Source: Marsupella aquatica (taxonomy: Eukaryota > Plantae > Marchantiophyta). From it: 64,000 nt of DNA. Below, one piece after another: positions 9,816 through 21,399 of the stretch (the first letter of the stretch is position 1; every line of letters starts with the position of its first letter). The position numbers were made by a program, and so were the translations under genes. Below the pieces are notes generated by a model that saw only the letters and a program-made list of their open reading frames with translations, did not search any database and was not told the origin of the DNA. The DNA lies in the NCBI GenBank assembly GCA_973895155.1, contig OZ316897.1, positions 12,399,375-12,463,374 of the forward strand. Reading direction: 5' to 3'.

Positions 9816-12634
9816 GTCGATGTCACCTACTAGACGGGGTCGTGGACGGGCTTTCTTGAATCGCTCGAGTTGAACTTTAATCCCTTGGCCCATATGGGCC
9901 CTTTCTGAATTTAAATTTCATTCATTTGTTGATTCATTCGCTCATCGGATGGTATCTCCTCCGCCGGGCCCCTTTTTTGCCAGCGTTGCTCTCGAGCTCC
10001 AGCACTTTGAAATTCGTTTGCTAACAGGGCATGATTCAGCGCCAATCCACTAACGTATTCCTCCCCATCCCATTTTGAGAATGAATGCATGTCACACAAA
10101 CACTCACCGTCTATTGTCAATACGCCCTCAGTCTGCATGATGCTATGCTACTGTAGGTTCTTGAACGTAGCTCTGCCAAGTGGTGATACTTTTAGCACCG
10201 TCTTCCACATGACACATGGATGTCTAGATGGAGGTACGGGCTTCCTTTTATGCAGAATTTCCCAGATACTCTAAAAGTGTGAATCTGGGGCTATGATTTT
10301 CATCAACAATGTAAATGCCAGATGGTATTTGTTGTAGCAAATTAATACATCGGAAACTTTAAAGTGGATAGCTTAGAATAAAAGTGTGAGAAAGTTATTT
10401 CCAGCTTTTTTATATCCTATGTCAATCAATTTAAACTTATGGATATTGTCGCCTTCAATGTGTCGTCTTTAAGGTATCCTACTGACCCGGCTGGTACATG
10501 ACTGACACTGCCATGGAACTGATCCTCTGTTCAACGCTGTGGAATTTGGTCAATCCATGCAGGGGTCAGATACGTTTCAGATACCTTCCACATGTACAAC
10601 TTGAAATAGCCAGGATTAATTATAAGTCTCTACTTTTATCGATTTGGCCAACAGAATCTGATGTTCAGCCGATGTACTCTCTAAGGGAGACAGAAACCCC
10701 TTCTTAATTCCAGAAGGCTGCCCGTGGCCTGCGTGTTGATGTGTAAACGGTGCAGGAAAACTTTACACTAGCATGAAGGAATTTTACTTGCTGTCTAGAG
10801 TTCAGTGCTGGCAAGAAATCTCATTTGTCCACATTACACACAGCAGTACAGCAAGAACATCATTCTAGAATGAAGATACCGGCCGCTTCCCCTACTGTCA
10901 AATTCTACTGAGAGCTGACACACCAGACCAACGCTATCCTCTGGGCTGTACTCGTCATCACATCTGGTGCCCACCACAGTTAGTACTGCATCACATGCAG
11001 AAAATGTGGCCCGGGCTAGCTCGGTTCGAATCCCTCTCTAGGAATGCTGACTTGCTCATCAAGTGAGATTCCTGCAAAGTTTTGCACGTTGAATGCAGTT
11101 TCAGTTTCAGGGCTATGATTTAATTTGAGAATTTCACAAAGAAGAAAAATTGATCAAGACTCGGGGAAAATGAAGATCTAATATTATGGTCGCAATTAAA
11201 AGCATTGTTTGCCGATCAAATCGTTTGTGCTTGCTGGTAAAATGTAGCCTACTCATCAGGTTTTGTCCGATGCCTCTTTTGCAGAGGAGACCAATCGATT
11301 ACTTACTGTACTTGAAACGGAAACTTTAGCTTGTGATGTGATCCGTGGTGTCACAAGTAGTTACGAGTTGACTACTTTGTTCCTCGCTACAGGCAGGTCT
11401 CATGGATCAATATAGTCTTTCCAAATGATGCGACTGACATGCAGATTGTAAGCAGCCAATTTCCGGTTTCTTAAGTTAGTACACTCAGTCGTTAGATAGA
11501 AGTTGGGTTTCATCATTAGGTTCCTTTTCATTCATTTCACATGAGCAAACGTCAACGTGTTGCGAATAGTGATCTGTCCTCCAAGTAGCTGTGTCAGTAT
11601 CACCTGTTCTGCTCAATTCAATCTGAGCAATTGAAAAGGAAACGGATGGATAGTTAGAATCAATGACGCGAAACTGGTTCAGTCTGAACAAACTTTGAAA
11701 ATTGGGATTTTAGACACTAGTTTGAAGATAAGAGACCTGGTCTGGCTAAGTGTTTTTCGTTGATTAAGATGGAAGTGTTGTTCAGCGTTCTCACGGTCTT
11801 GTTGGATTTTAGACAAGCAAACTAGACTGTAGGACAGAAAACCTCCACCGATCAAGGTTCTGCCCCGGGTTCTGCAGCAATCCTACTACGTAACTACATC
11901 CATTGGCAATCATTATTCCCGCTAAATAACGTTATGCAATTGTTGCAATGCCTGATGGGAGCCAATCTACGAAAGCCAGGACACTCGCTTAGTTGGGCCC
12001 CATGTGGAGTCCGTTCGGTAGGGAATGCTCTAAATTGATTAGCTAGGCAATCAATCAATAGTCAGATTGGCATTGTGACAAGGTCCATCCTTAGACCCGT
12101 CACGGTTGACATCAAAATGACCCACAAGATCATCACCAAGATTTGGAAATATGCGATGACAAACCCACGAAACGATAGCTAGCGTACTTTTCGAAAAGTA
12201 GAGTTCTCTTGTCCTGTCTTCGATTTGTTGTAGGCCCTTTCATATCTAATCACTGGAATGTCTGTCTCAAAACAAGAAAATCTAGAAAGAACTAAGTACA
12301 GCACATAGCTCGGTCTTTCATTTCAAAGTGACGAATGCAATAGTGCATCAAGGATCTTCCAAGCTGGATCGCTTCACATTCATCATTTTCAATCATCTTC
12401 ATTGTTAATATGCATGTCAAAACATATCATTACACATCATTTCGCCTCTCTTTAAAAAATCCAGTGGTCGACAAATAGGACCACAGATTTTGGTCCTAGA
12501 TATGACATACAAGCTCGAAATCTTGAATGATACTACTTCAGTGTTATAAAAAGAACAATTGGAGTTATCGTGCTATTGAAAGTAGGTTTAATCTATGGCC
12601 ACTTGTCACATAGCAAAGGACACCCGTATGCTAG

Positions 12635-12850
12635 ATGGACCCCTTAATTGAGAAGAGTTACTTAATGGACCCTAAGAGGCGCCATCCTATGAGGCGCCAT
12701 GAGATTTTAGGACCATTGATTTAAGGTCTACCAAGGGTATGGATCACTCATGGGGTCCATCAGATTTTAGGACCCTTGAGTTAAGGTCTATCAAGGTTAT
12801 GGATCGCTCATGGGGTCCATCAAGTAAAGCTTTTCATTTTGGGGGTCCAT
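12635..12850. mobile_element. MITE-like element with ~38-bp imperfect TIRs and an internal 60-bp tandem duplication
   Basis: Left end ATGGACCCCTTAATTGAGAAGAGTTACTTAATGGACCC; reverse complement of right end ATGGACCCCCAAAATGAAAAGCTTTACTTGATGGACCCC. Internal duplication at 12702-12761 and 12762-12821. Confidence 0.7.
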
Positions 12851-13111
12851 AAAGAATATCTCTCTGCCTTTTGATGCGAATTACCCAATTACCTGAGGTT
12901 TCTACTTCATAGAAGCTGTGACTACAACCTGCTCAGCACATTAGATGTGGAGCACTGAGCTCAATGTGTGTTTCACACGCTTTATCATTTGAGCTTCCCT
13001 ATGTGATATCTTAAAATATCAATTTGCCCTCATGTCTCCTTTTGTACGTGTAGCTTCCTAATCATTCTCTTTTTGTACGTGTTTCTTGTGATTTCCTTCT
13101 TTCCAGTTGTG

Positions 13112-13456
13112 CAAGGGTGGCTTTACAGGATGTTGGGGCCCATTACTTCTTTTTAGTTTTATTGAGATTAAATATTAATGTTAACAAGATCTGGGGGCCC
13201 ATTTAGCTATGGAGTCTACCTATCATACATGACAAGATGTGGGCCCAAGAAAACGCTGATGTGGAGTGCTTATTTTGTCTACATTTTTAGACCTCTAAAC
13301 ATTTGTAAACTTTGGCTCCTTCATTCAAAGAGTTTATATTTATTGAACTTAGTTTCACAATATTTTTGGTCTAGAGTTTATCTTTAGAACATGAACTAAC
13401 CCTCCTCTCGTGAAACAAGTAGGAAATGCCCCCCACATCTTGTAAATTCAACCTGG
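13112..13456. mobile_element. MITE-like element with degenerate ~35-bp TIRs
   Basis: Left end CAAGGGTGGCTTTACAGGATGTTGGGGCCCATT; reverse complement of right end CCAGGTTGAATTTACAAGATGTGGGGGGCATT. Internal ACAAGAT(C/G)TGGG..CCC motifs recur. No TSD seen. Confidence 0.55.
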
Positions 13457-15079
13457 CCTATTGTGTCCCTTGAGTCCCTCCATCATTTAAAGCGTCTCAA
13501 CCTCTACGAAAGAGAGATTTAATCAACACTCCACCTGCCACGAGGTAAGAAAAAACTTGTGATCATGCGCATATTGAGCAGGGAAGACTATTCATTATTT
13601 CATTAAATCTTAAATCCCTTCTAGAGTTTTCTCTTTGTATTATTCTGTACTGCATGGAAGAGAATGCCAATCACATGTGTGAAATTAAGGGCAGTTTGAC
13701 ATTTGTCCTGTACTACTTATCTATTGGTAACAAACTTAAAATCTCAACTTCATTGAAAGTTTGTCTTCAAGTGTAAAAAGACAAAAACGAATATTCAAAA
13801 TATTAACTGTGATAAAGCTTTCAAGGACTTAAGGTGTTAGGGGGTCTCAGAAATCAAAACTTGATGCACCTTAATTCATCACGCAACTTTGGTTTTAAAG
13901 AATGTTCATACCCCATGATAGTAATTCAGTGTAGAAGCTAGTGAAAAAAGCTAAAACCTCTGTTTGCAAAACCCTGTGAAAGATGTCACAGCCTTTTAGT
14001 TATGGCCAAAAATCATCACCCATAACAACAATGAAGCTTTGCTATGCCCTATCCCCGTCCCTAATCTCCTTGTTCTTACCAGGGAATTACGGCAATAATA
14101 GCTACTCAAGACTTTGGCGAGACTTCTAGCCACACATGGCCTTCGTGATAACAGTTTCCCACCTAGCGCCATATCTTTTTAAAGAATAAATTTAGTGATT
14201 TTTTGCCACTGACAAAAATGCTGATTGCAACCCCATATGGACCACCCTAAATTCTATATTTTCTTAGAGTACCTTTCCTTTGTATAAATGCTCAAAAGTT
14301 TGGTGTCAAAAGTTTATGGGTCCATCTGCGTCCTTAGGTCAAACATGGCGGTCAATTCTGACATGAAACATCCTATTTATTGGTGTTTGTTTGTGGATTT
14401 TATCTGGCAACTTTTGCACGTGAAAGATCCTGTGTCTCAATTTTGCTCTTTTCTACATGGGATGCTTTTTCAGAATCCTCCTACTCTTGTCATATGTATT
14501 TGTCTTTTCAGTTTGTTAGTCGTAAGGACATTTGACCCCCTTTGCTAGTTTCTTTTGGCTTTCATAAGTTGGACTTTACCCGCTTTAAGTTTGTTCTCAC
14601 ACTTTTCTCGTTTCTCTCGTCTCTCTTCTCTTTTTCTGTTTTTTTTTGTTTTTTTTGGTGGGGGGGGGGGGGGTGGTTGGGTTGACAAAATCTATTGCCT
14701 TTGTTTGTGTACTTTGTCTTGAACTTTCAGGCTAAAAAGAAACTGTTTCTAAATTTTAATGTGTCTTAGTTAACAAGGTGCTTCATTTGTATTATTGAGA
14801 TTTGGATTAATTTTGGGCACCCCTCTTAAGTTTTGAATCTCTGCTATCCTAGAGATCTGTTTTCCCACTAATTTTAGATTTTAATACTAAGAGTCCAATC
14901 CCTTCCAATGATTCTCTACCACTTGAGCGAAGTTCTATCTGTATCCATGAGTGACAAGGTGTACACTGGTCACCTGTCTTAAGGTCCCTCAATTCATGAC
15001 ATTCTTACCTAAGTTTCTGATTTTAATTCAATTGAGTGTCATCAACCTTATGTGCATAACTCTTCAATACCTTTGTAAT

Positions 15080-15293
15080 ATAGACTAGACTTGTACTTTT
15101 CCTGTCAATATGTGCTCTTACTGCATGTGCCTTACTTCTACTCTTGTATTTTATCACACTCACTTTTAGCAAAATAATATTATTATCTTTACATTATTGT
15201 ATTTATATTATTGTATTTTATCCTAAAAATATTAGATCACTTACTCATCATTACAAGACAAAAAAATTAAACATGCTCATCCGCTATATCTAG
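15080..15293 (+). repeat. Dispersed repeat shared with ~31140-31310, with a possible Helitron-like 3' end
   Basis: Both loci share ...CA(C/T)TACAAGACAAAAAAAT(C/T)AAACATGCTC...GCTATAT; this copy ends in CTAG. Confidence 0.5.
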
Positions 15294-18244
15294 GGAAAGG
15301 CCCAGGCCTGGAAAGGAGAATCTAGCGTTTGTTGTTGAATAGTTTGATCATTATAACCAGCAGGTGGGGAGGAGCCCTGTGGGAAATCCGGAAATGACAC
15401 ATCAAACAGCACTTGTGGGCGAAGAGAAACCCAGTCTCTAAAGGCCCAATATTGTTGGGGGCTGGCCTTGGGATCAAAACCTCACAAGAACGAGCAGAAT
15501 GACATGTAAGTCTTCCTTTTCTAGACTGAGGTGTCATCCCAATCATTAATTTAAGGTGGCTGGCCATTCCTTACTAAAGAAATCTGGTGGCCATTTCCGC
15601 ATTGTTTTGCCGGAACTTACATGGCAATCTATGGGTAAAGACTGAATTGTGACCTATAGACTGTTTTTGAGACTAAAGTTTAGACCACCTTAGTTTATAG
15701 ACCAAATCCTAGAGGTGGTCTAAATTTTTGCTCACTCAGTCTCTTGGATTGCATTGATTGTATTCCCCTCATAGAGCCTCCCTTTGTCGTAGGTCTGGAA
15801 GCCAGATTTTAAGCTAGAATTGGTCCACTCAATTTGGTCTGGGAAAAGTACTGTTCTTGTAAAGCCCCCCTCACTAAAAGGCCACAAAATAAATTCAAAT
15901 TGGCCGTGCTTATTTTTGCCCTTGAGGGCTTGGTTGTGTGAATTGTTCCCTTGAAAAAATTGAAGGTTTTCCCAGCCCAAGCCTATTGGCCAAGGCATGT
16001 TGGGAAAATGCTCAGGTAGAGTTTCCTTCCCCCTCATTCAAAAGTTTAAAAACGAAAAAAAGGGCCATGCAAAAAGGTACTTTGGACCTTTTAGCAACAT
16101 CCTACAGACAGTCACTAACAAGATCGATCTAGTCAGATCTAATGATTCATGTAGAGTACGAAGTATTCAATGGTAGTTGCCTGTATGGTGTTAGCATTAT
16201 ATTCTCAACCTTTATTCTGCTGCACAAAGGAAAAGTTAGAGCACAAATAATAATGCGCAAAAGGGAAATCAGTTTGGGGATACCTTATTTACGAAGAATG
16301 TATCTATAGTTTGCATGTTGAGCAATTATAGATAAAAGGTTTCCAATGGACCAAACACTTGTTCACATCCAAAAATGGGCATAACTATTAGAAAGAGGTC
16401 TTATCTGCATAAAAAGTGATGTTTCAGACTAATCCATTTGAGTTTGGCTACCAATCCAAGCATCTTATCAAGCTTTGCAGTCTATGGGAACTTTGGTTGA
16501 AGCTCATTATTCATTTCTTTAGTTTAATTTGTTTTCATTGTTTATTAACACTTTTCCTTATGTCCATTGCCTACAAGATCTTTGCATACATAGTCACATC
16601 TCTTATGGAAACCACAATTAGCACAGTTCACTAGCAAGCCCAATACCCATGCATTGCCCAATATTGTGAATAGTGAGTGATATAGAGCAGAATTGTTGTC
16701 AAGCACAGTGAGATGGCCAGGCAGTTGGCGTGGCAACAAGATATCAAGGAGTCGGTGAACTGCAGGGCAAGTGATGGGCATTGGAAAGGTGCACAGTGGC
16801 ACCTTTATGCCCATCTCATGGTTAGACAAAGTTGTCACCATTATCAAGTAGCTAGGGAGTCTTCTCACCGGAAAGGAAAACAGTAAACATATCATGAAAA
16901 AGAAAGAGTTTGATTGCATATTATAGTACGTAGATAGAAACAAAGTAAGCAGATCATGCAAACATGGAAAATTAAATCTGATTCCATTGTTCAAGAAGGC
17001 ACAAAGAACAATGAATAGGAAGGAAGTTTATGCTGGGATGGACCAAACACTTCGGGCACCCAAGAAGGTGAGCTTGTTACGCAACAATGATGCTATTTGA
17101 CAAAAAGTGATGGTTCATAATGTTCCATGCAAATTTTGAGAATCTATCCAAGCATTGGCTCCAATGTTGTGTTCTAGGAGAGCTTTGATTTCCAACTAAA
17201 TAACAAGAACAATAGTAAAAACACACATTGCCTTTTGAGGCTCCAAAAGAAAGCACCTGTTCATTAATGCAGGTAACCTTAAGGAGGCAAGAAGATGCAG
17301 AAAGCTGCTTTAGAATTATATGCCTGGAAGGTTTTTTTGAAGGATATCTTAACATTAGTTTGTATTCTTTTTATTTCAGATAAAATCTGGTGCATTAAGC
17401 AGTGAGAGAGTCAACATTGTAGGAGTTACTTGCATTTAGAGGCCAGAAAGTACAAGTACATTCTAGCACTATAGCGACTATTAGGCCGACTTTCAGGTTT
17501 GCACAATACCATTTTTTACTAACCTGTCTTCCAATTTGTCTCTTATTGACAACCTTTCCCCATACTATTTTTATTACTAAATTGAGCCCCATTTGTATAT
17601 GGGTTACTATAACCCATGTATTTTAACCCAAGGGCGCTTTGGATTGGACTTATGCAACCTGGCGAGAGGCTATTCACCACGCCCAAACCCAATCGGTCAT
17701 GCCCTAACCCAGGCCCTCTCATTCCCACCGTGAAATGAATGGGAGTGTTTTTGTGTTGGCCGGCTCCCTCCCCATGAGGCCCGAAGACAGCCTCCCTTGG
17801 GCGAAAGGCCCAACAACAGCCTGGGCCGGTCCGAGCCCCACTCCAAGCCGGGCTCCCTTCCCATGTCCACTTCAAGATCACGCAGGCCCGAACCGGGTCT
17901 TGTACTTCCTGTCAGGAAGAAAGGTTACCTGTGTGTAACTTTTCCTACTAGGTGCCACCATTTCCATAATCTTGTGCCCAGAAAGTTTGCCCAATAATTT
18001 TTTTTCTGGGCAGATATTAGGTATGATAATGACTGTTTGGATTGGGTTTCTAGGTTGAAACCTGTTCCCACAAAGCTCAGAAAAGCTTCTCCGCTGCCGT
18101 CACTGAGTATTTCCTCACTTTACTTATAAAAGGGCATTAATACACTTAAGGGTCTAGGGAATTTTGTAGTTTTCTATTTTTGGTAAATATAGAGGAGAAG
18201 TTTGAGAGTGCTTGGGTCCAAATCTGGACTTTGTATTTTTCTCT

Positions 18245-18720
18245 GTAAAGCACCAAAACTGACGGAGAGGAAATCCTCTATGCATTCTTCTCTATCAAGC
18301 ACCTAGAACTGACAAAGATAAAAACTGTGCATTCTTCTCTATTAAGCACCAAAACTGACAAAGGGAAAAATCACTATGCATTCTTCTCCATCTCCATAAA
18401 GCACCAAAAATGACAAAGAGAAAATTCACTGTGTGTTCTTCTCCACCTCAATAAAACATCAAACATTACAAAGAGAAATATCACTATGCATTCTTCTCTC
18501 TAAACCATCGAAAATACAAAGAAGAAAATCTTTGTGCATTCTTCTCTATAAAATACCAAAATTTACATTGTGCAATTTCCCAATAATCATTGTGCATTCT
18601 TCTCTACAAAACACCAAAAGTTACATTGTGCAATTTTCCTATAATCACTGTGTTCTTCTCTATGAAGCACCACCATAAAAAAGTGGAAAATCATTGTGCT
18701 TCTTCAATCTTCTATAGAGA
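18245..18720. repeat. Degenerate tandem array, ~45-50-bp unit, about 9-10 copies
   Basis: Recurrent TGCATTCTTCTCT...AAGCACCAAAACTGACAAAG.GAAAA.TCACT units. Confidence 0.85.
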
Positions 18721-19289
18721 GCTCCAGAAATTTACTAAGAGAAACGTTAGGCACTCAGGGCATTAAGGTTTTGACATTTGATTTCGAAGGAGAGAAAATC
18801 ACAAAGTGAATGATTAAGTTTACAGTAAAATCCTGTTTAGAGGGCATTATGAGATGTAATGCCCCAAAATAAGACTGCTTCAGCTCGAGTTTTGAGAGAC
18901 TATTATTGCCCACAATGCTCGGGAGACATGCCCTTACTATGCTAAAGGGCCTAAGAGAATTTACTTTTTTCTTGCTTCATTAAAATTATACAATAAAGTC
19001 CTCAGAGCCCCGGCTCAGAGCTTCAACTCAAGTTTTGAGGGGCTAGTATTGCCCATAATACTCCAAAAACAGTATCATAGTACACTTATTAAAGGTCTGA
19101 GAATTTTCCTTTTTCTGAGTTACATAAACTCTTCCTAAAGAGATGAGTCCAGATCTTGAGCGAGGCTTTATGCTCGGCTTTATGCTCCATAATGCTCTGA
19201 AATATACAAACTGAAAAATCCCCAGGGGATTTAAGTAGAGCAAAGCTTTAAGTAGAGGAAATCTTACTAAAGAGGTGATTTAAAAATAC

Positions 19290-19610
19290 GCAAGAGAAAT
19301 CTATCTCTTGGGCGGGGCATTAGTCCCCCAGTTTGCCCTGAAAAATACAAAATGGAAAATAGATCTCGTGGTGGGGGGGGGGGGGGGGGGCGGGCATTAT
19401 GCTCCCAGTTGACCCTGAAAAATACAAAAAGGGAAATAGATCTCTTGAGCAGGGCATTATGCTCCCAGTTTGCCCTGAAAAATACAAAAAGGAAAATATA
19501 TCTCTTGGGCAGGACATTAGGCTCCCAGTTTGCCCTGAAAAAATAAAAAAATGGAAAATCACCAAGGGCATTAAGGTTTGGCATTTGATTTCCAGGGAGG
19601 GAATGTGAAG
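19290..19610. repeat. Tandem repeat, ~60-bp unit, about 4 copies, one with a poly-G expansion (GGGCATTAT-motif family)
   Basis: Unit AGATCTCTTGGGCAGGGCATTATGCTCCCAGTTTGCCCTGAAAAATACAAAAAGGAAAAT; G-run at ~19373-19389. Confidence 0.88.
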
Positions 19611-19772
19611 GGCGACTTGTTGTACCATCCTTGTGAAGCGTTGGTTGGTGTGACTTGGCTTGGCTGGCAGTACACACCACCGTCTCGTACTCACTTAGTT
19701 TTCTCTCGTCTTGTCGATGATCAATCTCGCTCACATTCATTCGTCGTCTCTTGCCACTCGCGCACATTTAGC

Positions 19773-20112
19773 AGCCGCATTGGACTGACGCTGAGAAATT
19801 AGTGCCAGCATCAGGGGGGCAACATTGAGAAAGGAGTGAGCTCTAGACTCGTCTCGCTGATGATACAGTCAAAGCAGATTTAGAGATTCAGAAGCCGCAT
19901 TGGACTGACGCTGAGAAATTGGTGCCCAATATGAGTGGGAGAACATTGAGAGGTCCCTGCCTTGTAGACTCGCAGCGCTGATGATACGCAGCTCCTCCCC
20001 TGATCAAGCCGCATTGGGCTGAGCAGAGAAATTACTGCCAAGATCAGCGGGGGAACATTGAGAGTGGCCTGAGCTCTAGACTCGCTGATGATACGCACCT
20101 CCTCCCCTGATC
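19773..20112. repeat. Three diverged ~115-120-bp tandem units upstream of RBOH
   Basis: AGCCGCATTGGACTGACGCTGAGAAATT...AACATTGAGA...TAGACTCG...GCTGATGATAC units start at 19773, 19893 and 20007. Confidence 0.85.
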
Positions 20113-21399
20113 CCCTCCTCGCTGCTGCCTCATCAGTGCCTCTTTTCCTGGGTCACTGGGTGGGCTGGCTGTTCCATTCCTTCCGTCCCCGGGTGTGACG
20201 AAAGGCCTGACAACGAGATCCTCTTGACCGGCGCAACCTCCGCGAACTGTTTGTGTGATTGTTGTTGAGAAGGATAGTGACGGAGGGAGAGTGAGTTGGA
20301 ATCTGGGAGGAGTGGAGAGGAGTCAGGATTCAGGAGCCAACCGAGGGAGGAGAGGGGAGGGGAGGGGAGGGGAGGGGAGGAGAGGAGTGGAGTGGAATGG
20401 CGGGCGGCTTGCTTGGCGAGCTGAAGGCGCAAACCAGCATGGTTGAATACTGGCATTGCTTGCTAATGCTACGACACCATAGCCTGCTGTGCTGTGCTAC
20501 AGTACCCACATTCGCGAGAGGGTTGCCTAGGTAGCTGGGTGGTGGCGCCTTTCAGTCTTTATTATTGAGCATGTAGTAGTATTGCCGTAGGTAGTGCTGC
20601 AGCACTGGCTTGTAGGTTCTTATGCCTGGACTAGGAAGCTGACTGACTGCCTGGGAGAGTTGGAATTACTGACAACTGCCACCACTACTCCTGCTGTCCT
20701 GCCTCACTCGTGTTCTCGCCAAGAGTCCACGCTGCCAGCCAACTGAAAGCGCACTACAGTTTTTTAATAACTTGTTGCGAGGCGAGGGGAGGTGGGAGGG
20801 GAAGGGAGGGGAATTTAGTAGGAGCAGCGTAGTGGCGAACGTGCCGCCTGGTGCTCCTGCTACGCGAAGGCAGAGAGATATTTTCAATCCTCGTCTCGTC
20901 TTGTCTCGTCCCGTCGGGTACCAAAGAGGATTATCTCCAGTTCTAGTATTATTGCTGCCACAACCACTGCCTTTACTGCTATACCAACGAAACGACTAGT
21001 CGTTCTCCGACGAGGAGGAAATGGTTTGAATTTAATTGGGGCAGATAGGCAAGCAGGCAGAGAATAGACGAAGTAAGGGACTGACAGTGCGGTTGTCTTG
21101 ACTAAGACTTGTAACTAGCCCACCCGGAGCAGCTGCACCAGCAGTAGGGGGAAGGGACCACGACGACTTTGTGACTCTCTTTTCAGTGGGACTGCACGAG
21201 TGCGATCGAGTGGTGTCAGTAAATGTAAATGCCACTACAGACTTCTCATGTTCCAGTTCTAACTTGCGGGTCATCGATCGATCACGGAGGTCGATCGATT
21301 GATCCCTCAATCGGATCAGTTTGCCTGCTGGTGATTTAATCCTCCTTTGCCTTCGGGCGGAGTTGAGTGTCGCGGTCGAATCCCCGGTTTAAGCCAGCC

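Noticed and set aside
11005-11040. GGTTCGAATCC B-box/tRNA T-loop motif
   Set aside because: No cloverleaf, A-box or SINE tail can be built around it.
18245-18720. Repeat array superficially like a CRISPR
   Set aside because: Eukaryotic context, degenerate contiguous units without unique spacers, and no cas genes.
19855-19915. TGATGA...CTGA resembling C/D-box snoRNAs in the triple repeat
   Set aside because: Span is only ~50 nt, with no terminal stem and no recognisable rRNA-antisense guide.
21367-21399. GTG start of the RBOH ORF given in the ORF track
   Set aside because: Nuclear gene; the first in-frame ATG in good context (GCCATG) is at 21400.
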